DNA of 63,557 nt, filler included, from 5 parts of 5 records of this genome joined end to end with filler, not necessarily neighbours in it, one strand, 5' to 3'. Numbered from the whole stretch's first letter, positions 31,358-41,155 are shown. Made by a program: numbers and translations. Notes: a model not told the origin generated them from the letters alone.

Positions 31358-32037
31358 TGCCTCGTTCCTTGCATCGTGTTGAGCATGGCCTGCGCCTTTG
31401 GACAGCCATCCTTTTCCGGTCCGGGACCGAAGGTCACAGCTTCCTCCTCCCAGGCCTTGTCCAATGCCTCCAAATCACTGGGGTCATCGTCCTTGATCGC
31501 AAGCAGGCTCTCCACAGCAGCCCGATCCGCGGGGCGGTCTGATATTGCCAGCAAGGCCCCGAATACGGCCCGGTAGGGACTGCGCCGCTTTTTGAGACGT
31601 TCGGCGATCGCTTCGAGAACATGTGCAGCTTCACCGATAAGCGAGGCAGCATCTGGTTCGGGCAGGATCGAGAGAAATTCGAGGAACACCGGAAGATAGT
31701 CCGGCAGGTCGCTGACCTCCATTTCCAGGCCATGAGTCCGGTACAGCTCGACCAGTCCGACCATGGCAGGCCCGCGCTCCCGGCTTTCGCCGTGAACGTG
31801 CTCGTACAGATGCAGCGATACGCTCCGTGTTCTGTCGAACAAATCCACATAGGCTGCCTGGACGGCATACAGATCGTGGCAGGCGATATGGTCAGCCAGC
31901 TTGCCCAGTGAATTTACGATACGTTCCGGCACGAGACCTTCCTGCCGAACCACATCTACGCACAGTTCTGCTTCTGCCTGGAGCTGTGCCTCCGGATATG
32001 ACAGGAGGCGGGAGAGCGCTCGGTAAGTCTTTGCCAT
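31354..32037 (-). CDS. narJ: Nitrate reductase molybdenum cofactor assembly chaperone
   Basis: LSRLLSYP, YVDLFDRTR..SLHLYEHVHGESRERG.AM, LPDYLP.FLEF, DKAWEEE. Confidence 0.95.
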   Translation of the reverse strand: MAKTYRALSRLLSYPEAQLQAEAELCVDVVRQEGLVPERIVNSLGKLADHIACHDLYAVQAAYVDLFDRTRSVSLHLYEHVHGESRERGPAMVGLVELYRTHGLEMEVSDLPDYLPVFLEFLSILPEPDAASLIGEAAHVLEAIAERLKKRRSPYRAVFGALLAISDRPADRAAVESLLAIKDDDPSDLEALDKAWEEEAVTFGPGPEKDGCPKAQAMLNTMQGTRQ

Positions 32038-32040
32038 TGG

Positions 32041-32932
32041 TCAGATCTCCATGGGTGTCTTGGTTTTTACACGCGGACGCTTGTCCTTTCCGAACAAGCC
32101 CAGTTCCGTCCGCCCGCCTGAACAATCATTCCCGAAGGTGAAACCGCATCCCCCCCGAAGACCGTAGGCATCCTCGCTGGTTTCACGGTGGGTGGTCGGG
32201 ATAACGAACCGGTCCTCATAATTGGCGATCGCCATATAACGGTACATTTCGTCGACCTGGGCGGCACTCAGCCCGACGCGCTCTGCCGTCGGATGGTCGA
32301 TGACGCCCTCGACCGACTTGGCGCGCATGTATTTGCGCATCGCCATCATCCGTTCGAGCGCAGCGACGATGGGTTCTTCCTTGCCTGCCGTCAGGAGGTT
32401 CGCAAGGTAGCGAACCGGGATCCGCATCGATGAGACCTCCGGCATGTCTGCGTCGCTTTCCAGCGCCCCGGCGGCAAGCGCCGACTGAATCGGCGACAGT
32501 GGCGGGACATACCAGACCATCGGCAATGTCCGATATTCAGGATGGAGCGGAAAGGCGACCTTCCACTCCATCGCCATCTTGTACACCGGGCTTTGCTGTG
32601 CTGCCCTGAGCCAGGCGTCCGAGATACCGTCAGCACGGGCCTGCTCGATGACTTCGGGATCACTGGGATCCAGGAAGACATCGAGTTGAGCCTGGTACAG
32701 GTCCTGCTCATCCGGCGTACTGGCGGCCGCCTCGATCCTGTCCGCATCATAGAGCAGCACGCCCAGATAGCGGATGCGCCCGACACACGTTTCCGAACAC
32801 ACGGTTGGCTGGCCAACTTCCATGCGCGGGTAGCAGAATGTGCATTTCTCCGACTTTCCGCTCTCCCAATTGTAATAGACCTTTTTGTAGGGACAGGCCG
32901 ACACACACATCCGCCAGCCGCGGCACTTGTCC
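32041..32932 (-). CDS. narH: Respiratory nitrate reductase beta subunit (5' truncated)
   Basis: CRGWRMCVSACPYKK, SEKCTFCYPR, CSETCVGRIRY, PLHPEYRTLPMVWYVPP, AIANYEDRFVIP. Confidence 0.96.
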
Positions 32933-33032
32933 NNNNNNNNNNNNNNNNNNNNNNNNNNNNNNNNNNNNNNNNNNNNTTAATTAATTAANNNNNNNNNNNN
33001 NNNNNNNNNNNNNNNNNNNNNNNNNNNNNNNN
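32933..33032. other. Artificial contig spacer
   Basis: N run with ttaattaattaa. Confidence 0.98.
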
Positions 33033-33064
33033 AATTACTCAATTAACCGCGTTACCCACTAGGC

Positions 33065-33571
33065 TCAGGGTTTGGGTAGCGTGCGCGCAGCCTTGCGGAT
33101 CATGGACGCTGCGCTGGTAAACTGACGTGCAGACGAGATTGAGAGCCAGCGCATAACGGGCCACTTGCCGGCCCACTCAAATACACCGACTTCTTCCAGC
33201 TCACGGTCGTCCAGGGATTCAATCAATTCCACAAGATCGGAATGAGCCTGTGATAGCTGCGATACAAGCACGGTAAACTCAACGGCCTTCTGTTCCTTGA
33301 CGATATCGTTGTTGAGGCGCGGTGTTTCGTTCCAGCCGTAACCGGGGGCGGGAACAAGGGGAACTTCGCCGCGACGGCCGGCACGCACCCATTCGGCGGC
33401 CTGTCTTAACCACCAAACACGAACCGCAAGAACGTCCTTAACCGTCCAGTCCTCGGTTGCCGGCAGCTCTGCCAAAGCAACGCCGTATTTTGTGAGCAGC
33501 GCATCTAATTTGTCATAACTCTTGTGAATCAGCTGATGTAAGTCCTGACGACTCTTGGGGATTGTTGACAT
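33065..33571 (-). CDS. ClbS/DfsB family (DUF1706) four-helix bundle protein
   Basis: P.S..DL, WTVKDVL...W, P.PGY.WN..P.LN, LIESL.D.EL, W.GKW; GAGG RBS before ATG 33571. Confidence 0.78.
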   Translation of the reverse strand: MSTIPKSRQDLHQLIHKSYDKLDALLTKYGVALAELPATEDWTVKDVLAVRVWWLRQAAEWVRAGRRGEVPLVPAPGYGWNETPRLNNDIVKEQKAVEFTVLVSQLSQAHSDLVELIESLDDRELEEVGVFEWAGKWPVMRWLSISSARQFTSAASMIRKAARTLPKP

Positions 33572-33729
33572 CTTAACCTCTGAATTGTTCACCGGCATCT
33601 GCCGGGGCTTTTGTTTGTTACCTTGTGAGTGATAACTACGTGGATTCAGATTTTGAAATCGTCGATGGAAAAGTTCTTTTGGCTCAGGGAATTTGGGCTG
33701 AGGCCTGCGAGACTAACAAAAGAAAAAAG

Positions 33730-33767
33730 AGTAAGCCACTAAACGCAGTGCAAGGGGCGAAGCGTTC
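33730..33767 (+). repeat. Dispersed intergenic repeat, copy 1
   Basis: 31/38 identical to the reverse complement of 57467-57504. Confidence 0.6.
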
Positions 33768-33810
33768 TTGCTCTTAAACAAGGCCACAGAATCAATTAAC
33801 AAATAACAGC

Positions 33811-34584
33811 TTAATTGTAACGAGCAATAAAATCGCGAACGATTGGGTCGGAGCTGGTGCGCATTTCGTCTGGTGTTCCCAAAAAGTGAACCACACCTTT
33901 GTACAACATTGCAACGGTTTTGGCAATGCGGTACACCGAGTACATGTCGTGCGTAATAACGATTGACGTAGCGTTAAGTTTGCGTGTTAAGTCGAGAATA
34001 AGATTATCGATTTGCTCGGACGTAACCGGGTCCAAACCAGTGGTTGGCTCGTCATAGAACACGTATTCCGGCTCGCCGACAAGAGCGCGAGCAACACCGA
34101 CACGTTTACGCATCCCGCCGGAAAGATCGGATGGTTTTTTGTGTTTAAGTATATTCCATTCGGCATCAAATTCTTCGGTAGAAACCTTGGATGGATCGGG
34201 CAGGAGGCTGACGTCACTTAACACGCGACGCGCCTCGGATTCGAGAATTTCTTCGCGCGTTTCACCATGTTCAAACAGGCTCAAAATGATGTTTTCGTAC
34301 ACCGTCATTGAATCGAAAAGTGCCGCAGACTGGAAGACATAACCGAAGCTGGTACGCAGCTTAAACATTTCTTCCTGTGAGATTGTGCTAACGTCGCTGC
34401 CATCGATTGTAACGCGGCCTTTATCGGCATCCAGCAGTCCAACGATGTGTTTAAGCAGAACACTTTTGCCGCTGCCGGACGCACCGATAATACACATGGT
34501 TTCGCCGGTGGGAATAGTAAGATTCACCCCATTGAGAACTTTTTTGAGGCCAAAACTTTTATAGAGATTTTCGATGTTAATCAT
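33811..34584 (-). CDS. ABC transporter ATP-binding protein, MlaF/Mkl family
   Basis: GASGSGKS, FQSAALFDSM, LSGGMRKRV, YDEPTTGLDP, ITHD. Confidence 0.92.
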   Translation of the reverse strand: MINIENLYKSFGLKKVLNGVNLTIPTGETMCIIGASGSGKSVLLKHIVGLLDADKGRVTIDGSDVSTISQEEMFKLRTSFGYVFQSAALFDSMTVYENIILSLFEHGETREEILESEARRVLSDVSLLPDPSKVSTEEFDAEWNILKHKKPSDLSGGMRKRVGVARALVGEPEYVFYDEPTTGLDPVTSEQIDNLILDLTRKLNATSIVITHDMYSVYRIAKTVAMLYKGVVHFLGTPDEMRTSSDPIVRDFIARYN

Positions 34585-34602
34585 CGGGACCTGGAATGGA
34601 CG

Positions 34603-35295
34603 TTATTCAACAATGATGGTAGGAAGAGTTTGTGTGCTTATTCCTGGCACGGCATCAACCCAAGAGAAATTTTTGAACTCCGCAGAAGCATTAGGCGGCG
34701 TTTGCATGACAAGGAATTCGGTAGCGGGCATGCGGATATTCCCGTCGTAAATAATTTCACATCCGATTTTAACACGAAGACGGTCACCATCACTTAGGAT
34801 TCGAATGCGCTCTTCCATTCCCACTACCGCGCGTACACGATCCGTCGCTGCCAGTATTTTGCCCTGATGCATCATATCAACACCGTCAATGCCGTAGCGC
34901 AAACGGATGGAGGGACCAATGTCGAACTCCATGGGCACAAGGCGCATGTGAATGTCGGTGAATTCACCGGAAGTGAGTGTTACGTTAAACTCTACCTCAA
35001 TCTGGGTTTCGCGCCAGATGCGCACAGCTGCCAGAGCGGAATCCTGCAATTGCAGCAGCGTACCCTGTTCAATTTCAACGCTGCCGATAGGTGTTAACTT
35101 ACGACCGTAGACCGTGTAAGGCGTCAATTCGTTGAGTACAAAACCTTCTGAGTAACAGGCGGGAAGCAGCAGACTAAGAGTCAGCAAAGGCAAAAGCAGC
35201 AGACGGCACAGGCGCCGGTTCCGCTCTTGAGCGCAAGACTCTGTTAAGTTGGGGCAATCGATATGTTGTTTAACAGTTAACATTAACTCATTCAT
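34603..35295 (-). CDS. Hypothetical lipoprotein, beta-sandwich (ConA/DUF1080-like fold possible)
   Basis: LLLPAC lipobox, beta-strand-rich body; start overlaps the upstream stop. Confidence 0.6.
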   Translation of the reverse strand: MNELMLTVKQHIDCPNLTESCAQERNRRLCRLLLLPLLTLSLLLPACYSEGFVLNELTPYTVYGRKLTPIGSVEIEQGTLLQLQDSALAAVRIWRETQIEVEFNVTLTSGEFTDIHMRLVPMEFDIGPSIRLRYGIDGVDMMHQGKILAATDRVRAVVGMEERIRILSDGDRLRVKIGCEIIYDGNIRMPATEFLVMQTPPNASAEFKNFSWVDAVPGISTQTLPTIIVE

Positions 35296-36784
35296 GAGCG
35301 CCGGCACGATTGTAGCGCAGTTCTTCCGGGAAGAAAATGCGGTCCTGAATTCCGAGCGAAAATCCGAAATAGAACCCTGAGAAATTGTCCAGGGAGCCGA
35401 GGTTGTCGCTGATATAATCTGCTAACTGCGTGTCGATTCCCGTGCTACCGTTAACGTACCCAGCGGTAAGTCCGATGTTAAACCGTTCCATAACGGCCAG
35501 ATTCAGGTTTGCTCCCAGATGGAAGAAGCTGGACGGGAAGTAGTTGTACTCCACGAAGGGCTCGACCGAAAGCTCATCGGGAATAAGCGTCTGGAATAGA
35601 CCGGCCCGCAGCGGCAATATCCCAACCCCTGCCGCATTTTTGCCGAGGGCCACGACGTTAAAGAGCGAAGTCCCCGCATAGACACGATAGTCGAGCCAGG
35701 GCAGCGCAATGGAAGTGTTAGCCATACTCAGGATGATGCCGGATATCGGCAGAGCAGCCTCCGGTTCTTCGCCTTCCTCCGGATCCTCCTGAAAGAGCGA
35801 CTGATCGGCACCGCCAAAAAGCAGTGAGGCGCGCAGGAGACCAATGCGCCAGGCTGAATGTTCGTGGTCTTTCCATTCGGTATATGTTTCCGGAACACGA
35901 TTGAGAAAATCGATAACGGAGACACCAAAGCCAAAGTAGGGAAAGCTGACAGATTCGCCCGTTATCTCGTTCCCGGGGCTGTTGGCTCTCGTAATGAATG
36001 GCGAATAGGTTGCATTAATACCAACGGCATATCCCAGGTAAGCACGCATGTTAAATCCGCCCATGGAACCGACGTCAAAGGTTCCGCCGATGTTGGCGTA
36101 GTGCGAGGGATACCAACCCAGCCCCAGGGTAGGGGTGACTGCAACGTAGGGTATTTCCTCGCGCAGATAGAAGCGTTTACGCACATAGAGCGGAAGTATG
36201 CTGGCCAAAGTTTTGCGGTCGGAGGATTCGGGTAGAATCATCTCAAAGGCTGAAGTGCCGATTGTCCAATCCGGCGCATCACGGAACCAGCGCAGGCGGC
36301 CTTCATAAATAAGAAAGCGGTAGAGGCCGCCGCCGAATACGGCGTCATTCTCTGTATCCTGATTGAGTGGATTGAGAGGGTTATCGGCAAAGTCGGCGTC
36401 TAAAAGACCATAGATTCCGAATATGCCGGAGCCTATGCCATTGTCTCCCGCACCGGTTAACAGCAGGCCGGCGCTCTCAAAGAGTCCCAGGCGGATAAAG
36501 TCGGGATAGTGTCGGTTCTGGAGGCTATCGTACTGGATTGTGTTACGCGAAATCTCGACGGTACGCGAGGAAGGGTAAATCACGCCATTATCGCGGTCGC
36601 CGGGCTGATTACGCACCAGGTCGTTTTCAGTACTGTCGCGCACCGTGATTGTATAGAGGTCACTTTCAGTACGCGTAATACAGGACTGCATACATAGCCC
36701 GAAGAGGGCCAGGGCGAGGAAGCTCAACATCGTGCGGCGCGCGGGGCCCGAAGTTTGGCTTACAGTGTGACGATCAGCATTCAT
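35288..36784 (-). CDS. Hypothetical lipoprotein with internally duplicated beta-barrel-like halves
   Basis: CMQSC lipobox; two alignable halves with amphipathic, aromatic-rich strands. Confidence 0.7.
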   Translation of the reverse strand: MNADRHTVSQTSGPARRTMLSFLALALFGLCMQSCITRTESDLYTITVRDSTENDLVRNQPGDRDNGVIYPSSRTVEISRNTIQYDSLQNRHYPDFIRLGLFESAGLLLTGAGDNGIGSGIFGIYGLLDADFADNPLNPLNQDTENDAVFGGGLYRFLIYEGRLRWFRDAPDWTIGTSAFEMILPESSDRKTLASILPLYVRKRFYLREEIPYVAVTPTLGLGWYPSHYANIGGTFDVGSMGGFNMRAYLGYAVGINATYSPFITRANSPGNEITGESVSFPYFGFGVSVIDFLNRVPETYTEWKDHEHSAWRIGLLRASLLFGGADQSLFQEDPEEGEEPEAALPISGIILSMANTSIALPWLDYRVYAGTSLFNVVALGKNAAGVGILPLRAGLFQTLIPDELSVEPFVEYNYFPSSFFHLGANLNLAVMERFNIGLTAGYVNGSTGIDTQLADYISDNLGSLDNFSGFYFGFSLGIQDRIFFPEELRYNRAGAHE

Positions 36785-37145
36785 GACAGATCCTAGGGTT
36801 CGTCGATATCGACTATTTCCAAAATTTCGGCAACGATACCAATCTGGCACTGGAAACGCGAGTTGGAAATTGCGGCATGGGGCCTTGAGGTAAGAATGAT
36901 CGAAGCAGTGCTTTTGTCACGCCAGGTCTGCAAATTGCGTAAAATCACGTAAAACACGGGACATTGCCGCCAGACAGCGCGCCAAAATATCGACTGACGA
37001 GCTTTTATCAAAGCGGCAAACGGGAACTACGCGGTCAAGACTGAATTCATCTGTCAGGATGGGAAGAATCACGTGACGCAAACAGGCGAGCGGCAGGGAA
37101 TCAATTGGATACCTGACGCAGAGAAGTCAGCCTCAAAATCAAGAT

Positions 37146-37868
37146 CTAGGAGTCTGCAGCCGCCACAACATCAATTTCAAGTGTAGCCACGGCGCCGAGG
37201 CGCGCTTCCAGGCGGTCTCCGGCAGAGACAGATCCGACGCCATGCGGCGTTCCGGTGAAGATGCAGTCGCCACGACGCAAGGTAAATATGCCGGACAGCC
37301 AGGAGATTAGTTCATTGACGCTATAGGTCATATCGCGCGTATTGCCACTTTGACGTTTGTGGCCGTTGACGTAGAGTTCCAGATCAAAATCACGTGTTCC
37401 ACCTTCGATGGCATAGGCAGGCACTACCTGTGAAATCGGCGCAGAGCCGGCAAAGGCTTTAGCACGTGTCCAGGGCCAGCCTTCCTGCTTGGCTTTGCGT
37501 TGCACATCACGCAATGTGAAGTCTATACCAACAGCATAACCGGCAATGTAGCGTTCGGCGGATTCGGCCGAGACATTGGCGGCATCGCGGCCAATTACCA
37601 CCACCATTTCAACTTCGTGATGCACGTCTCCCTGGCCCTGTGGCAGAGCCAGGCTGCTGCCATGTGGCAGGTATGCGGCTGGTGGTTTTAGGAATACCAG
37701 CGGCTCAGTGCGCGGAATTGAATCGCCCATCTCTGCGGCATGCAAAGCGTAATTTTTGCCAATGCAGTACATTGTGCCGACGGGTGTTACGGTTGAGTCG
37801 GCAAAAATGAAATTGCGCATGTCGAGTGTGTCTGCCATATCTCCGCGATTCTGTCTGGGGTCTGTCAT
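37146..37868 (-). CDS. Fumarylacetoacetate hydrolase family protein (start may be 37838 or 37820)
   Basis: CIGKNY..HAAEM, FLKP, HHEVE, DFTLRD, GD.IFTGTP.GVG. Confidence 0.93.
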   Translation of the reverse strand: MTDPRQNRGDMADTLDMRNFIFADSTVTPVGTMYCIGKNYALHAAEMGDSIPRTEPLVFLKPPAAYLPHGSSLALPQGQGDVHHEVEMVVVIGRDAANVSAESAERYIAGYAVGIDFTLRDVQRKAKQEGWPWTRAKAFAGSAPISQVVPAYAIEGGTRDFDLELYVNGHKRQSGNTRDMTYSVNELISWLSGIFTLRRGDCIFTGTPHGVGSVSAGDRLEARLGAVATLEIDVVAAADS

Positions 37869-37903
37869 TCTAGCTTGTTATTCACTGGTCAAACTTATGC
37901 GCA

Positions 37904-38596
37904 TCACCAGGCCGGATTGGCTAGATATTGCGCGATTTGGGCCTGATCGGACGGCGTTGTCAACTTGATGTTGGCTGGATCACCGTCGATCATCGCAACT
38001 TTGTGTCCATAGGCTTCTACGGCGGACGCATCATCCGTCACCGCCAGTCCACGTCTGCTGACGAATTCAAGCGCAGCTTTAAGCAGATCGCGCTTAAAAC
38101 CCTGCGGCGTCTGGACAGCACGCAGTTGAGCGCGCACCGGAGTGCGCAGCACAAAACCGTCGGTGCTGATTTCCTTGATCGTGTCGCTCAGGGGAATTCC
38201 CGGAACCACAGCATGATACTTTTGTGCCGCGTCAATGATCCGCCGCAGCAGGTCCTGGCTGGCACAGGGTCGCACGGCGTCGTGTACCAGAACGATGTCG
38301 GCATTTTCGGCTGCAGGGCTGTTGAGCGCCGCAGCAACGGTGTCCTGCCGTTCAGCACCACCGATTAATATATCACGGACTTTGTTAAGAGCATAATCAT
38401 GCACAAAACCCTGCAGTGTTTCGCGATACTCTGCGGAAACACCGATTACAATTGTGTTTATCAGGGGGCAGCGTTGAAAAAGTTGCAGCGTGTGCACCAG
38501 AACAGGTGTGCCATGGATGGTGGAGTACTGTTTTGGTTGTGGACCGCCGAAACGTTTACCGCTTCCGGCGGCGGGTATGATGGCCACATTCTGCAT
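37904..38596 (-). CDS. ispD: 2-C-methyl-D-erythritol 4-phosphate cytidylyltransferase
   Basis: PAAGSGKRFG..PKQY, GGAERQDTV, LVHDAVRP, VQTPQGF, TDDAS, NIKLTTP. Confidence 0.96.
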   Translation of the reverse strand: MQNVAIIPAAGSGKRFGGPQPKQYSTIHGTPVLVHTLQLFQRCPLINTIVIGVSAEYRETLQGFVHDYALNKVRDILIGGAERQDTVAAALNSPAAENADIVLVHDAVRPCASQDLLRRIIDAAQKYHAVVPGIPLSDTIKEISTDGFVLRTPVRAQLRAVQTPQGFKRDLLKAALEFVSRRGLAVTDDASAVEAYGHKVAMIDGDPANIKLTTPSDQAQIAQYLANPAW

Positions 38597-38665
38597 GAGG
38601 GCTAGTTCCAGCAGTCAGTGCCGACGCTGTGATTACGCCGGCGGCCGACAAATTTGCGATCCGTT

Positions 38666-40207
38666 TTAGCGTTGAACATGCAGTGAAGACGTTGCGGAAC
38701 CGTTGGCTGTGTGGGCACGCAGGATGTACGCTCCGGGTGTGAGCGCCGAGACATCAATTGTTACCACATCGGCTTGATTAACCTGCACTTCGACTTCTTT
38801 TTCGCCACGCAGATTAAAAATTTCGATAGAGCGGATCATTCCGATCTCAGTCTTGAGCTGAACATCTACGGACTGATCGGCTGGGTTTGGCGCGAGCATC
38901 AGCACTGCGGGCTCAGCGGCTGTGGGTTCATTGACGGAGCTGATAGTTCCTTCCAGATTAAACAGGCCACGTCCGCGGGTTATGCCTCGCGCGTTTTCCA
39001 GTTCAATCGTAAGGCCTTCGGGCAGTGCTGATTCGCTCTCAACTTGCAGGTATGCCACGTTACCTTCCAGGCGAACGCCGGGATGTGGGTAGAAATAGCC
39101 AATTGCAAGGTTGACGCTACGACGCTCATTATCGATTTCATCAACAAAACGACCGCCGGGCTGGGCGAACAGTTCACCATTTGTAATGCCCACGACTTTG
39201 GCGTCGGCCGGCAAATCTGTCCAGGATATACGACCGGCGAGTCCCAGTCCGTTTTGATCGCTGCTGACCGTAACGGGGATGGAATACCCTGCCGTGACCT
39301 GATCCTTGATTTTTTTGTTTGTCAGTGAGACTTCAGACTCAGGCTTTTTAGCGTCGTCACTGTGCTTGACTGCACTGGCATCGTCGTCTGGAGACTGAGC
39401 GGCACCGGTGTGAACGCGGTCAAAGTTGGCCATTACAACCAGGAAGTCGGTATTGTCTACACGGCCGCTGCCATCAGCATCGGCATAGGTTACGCGTACG
39501 CTATCCCAGGAAAGGGAACGCTGCGCCGCCCAGATAGTTGATGCGGGGTCACGCGCGAAACCACGGATGCGGCCGGCTGGATCACCATCATCAAAAAATT
39601 GGCTGATTACGGACCAATCGGAATGGTCTACAATGCGATCGTTATTGGCATCACCAGGCCAGACATCGATAAAACTATGCACGTCCATGGATTTGCTGAT
39701 GCCAATCAGGCGCTCAATGTTGCGGTCCAGATTGCCGACGACGGCTTCGGGTTTGACAAAGCTAAAACGGACGCGTGAGTTGTGGATCGCGTTGGCGGCG
39801 CCGATGAAGTTCAGGCGGATCACAGGGTGATCGGACAGACCAGGATTGTTGATTGGATTGGACAGCTGCGCAGCAACGGAAATACTACCTGTGCCATTAG
39901 CCTGATTAGTACGAACCGGTGGTACGGTTATCTCAGATTCAGCATACGCTCCATCAGCCGACCAGCCGTCAAAGCGGATTGAGCCAGCATTTGTCCACTG
40001 CATTTCAAAGAAGACACCTTTGATTGTCGTCAGGCCTTCAACGCGCACCAAAATACTGAAAGGCTGCGTTGCGGTCAGGAAGTGATTCTTCCCGGTAGAC
40101 GGTGGTCTATCGACGCGTTCTAAAAGAATCGTTTGGGCCTGGAGGACTGTACCGAGGCACAAAAGTGCCGCGAGGATCGCGGTCAGGAGACGTGTCGGAG
40201 TTCGCAT
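38666..40207 (-). CDS. Secreted protein with cohesin-like and dockerin-like domains and a T9SS type A C-terminal sorting domain
   Basis: Signal peptide; WPGDANNDRIVD..D and YADADGSGRVD..D Ca-loops; APNP..IFNLRG..IDVS.L.PG.YI C-terminal domain. Confidence 0.8.
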   Translation of the reverse strand: MRTPTRLLTAILAALLCLGTVLQAQTILLERVDRPPSTGKNHFLTATQPFSILVRVEGLTTIKGVFFEMQWTNAGSIRFDGWSADGAYAESEITVPPVRTNQANGTGSISVAAQLSNPINNPGLSDHPVIRLNFIGAANAIHNSRVRFSFVKPEAVVGNLDRNIERLIGISKSMDVHSFIDVWPGDANNDRIVDHSDWSVISQFFDDGDPAGRIRGFARDPASTIWAAQRSLSWDSVRVTYADADGSGRVDNTDFLVVMANFDRVHTGAAQSPDDDASAVKHSDDAKKPESEVSLTNKKIKDQVTAGYSIPVTVSSDQNGLGLAGRISWTDLPADAKVVGITNGELFAQPGGRFVDEIDNERRSVNLAIGYFYPHPGVRLEGNVAYLQVESESALPEGLTIELENARGITRGRGLFNLEGTISSVNEPTAAEPAVLMLAPNPADQSVDVQLKTEIGMIRSIEIFNLRGEKEVEVQVNQADVVTIDVSALTPGAYILRAHTANGSATSSLHVQR

Positions 40208-40335
40208 GCCTGTATCCGGAGACTATTAGTTCGTAATTGGAAAGCACAGAAAGTACAAGAACCCCGGCAAAAGTTCAAGCGCCGGCCCATTTTAGTTGGG
40301 AATAGCAGCGGTGCACCGGAATCATTCGGGCGGAA

Positions 40336-40965
40336 TCATTCGGGCGTAACAATCGCCGAAGAACCATCAGCATCAACACGGCGAGAGTTGAGCGACTCAT
40401 CCAGGAGGCCGCGGCCACTTTTCTGCAAACGGCCATCCGTCTTCAGAGAATCGAGGATTGAATCCAGGATGCCGTTGACGAAGACGCCGCTCTTATCGGT
40501 CGAGTAGCGTTTGACAATTTCAATGGCTTCGTTGATTGTGACTTTAGGTGGGATGTCCTGAAATGACAGCATCTCAGCAATTGCAATTTGCATGACGATA
40601 CGATCAATGTGCGCAATGCGGTCGAGTTCCCAGTTCTGTGAGAAACGACGGATCATTTCTTCAGAAAAGTCTTTGTGTTCCAGGGTCTTGACGATCAGGT
40701 CATGACCGAACTTAACCAGTTCATCGTCCCAATCGACTTTGCAGTCGGCCTCCAGAACGGCAATCTCGTCACGAGTGAGCAGGCGCTCTGTAGATTGCTC
40801 AATTTCTTCATCACGAAACTCAAACGGAAAAATCCGATCAAAGTTCTCACGCCAGTCTACGCCGGAGACATGCATGGCGGCCAGAATTTGCATCGCTTTT
40901 TCGCGAACGAGGCGGCGCGTGCCTTTGACGCGCTCTTTGTTTTCAAGCTGATTTCGATTACTCAT
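40336..40965 (-). CDS. nusB: Transcription antitermination factor NusB
   Basis: RR..RE.A.Q.L, NWELDRIA.IDR, PPKV.INEAIEI.K.YS...S..FVNGILD. Confidence 0.94.
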   Translation of the reverse strand: MSNRNQLENKERVKGTRRLVREKAMQILAAMHVSGVDWRENFDRIFPFEFRDEEIEQSTERLLTRDEIAVLEADCKVDWDDELVKFGHDLIVKTLEHKDFSEEMIRRFSQNWELDRIAHIDRIVMQIAIAEMLSFQDIPPKVTINEAIEIVKRYSTDKSGVFVNGILDSILDSLKTDGRLQKSGRGLLDESLNSRRVDADGSSAIVTPE

Positions 40966-41155
40966 AGAGCTAAATACTACCGTATCATTTCACTGTGGCA
41001 CGCCCGGGAAATCTGAGCGGCCGGCGGCCAAGCCAACAAAAGCGTCGGAAGGCCAAGCGAGTCTTCAGGGCCATGACGTAGCGCAACGCTCACGGCCTGA
41101 CACATAGATGCAAAGACGTTTGAAGCTGAAAGTTGGAGACTCAGGGACTGCCTGA

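Noticed and set aside
28232-32932. Possibility that the cluster is nitrite oxidoreductase (nxr), given the PPIase and porin
   Set aside because: The alpha subunit is not in the window, the narH-J-I-PPIase order fits heterotrophic Nar, and there are no nitrifier markers; a NarH/NxrB tree would be needed.
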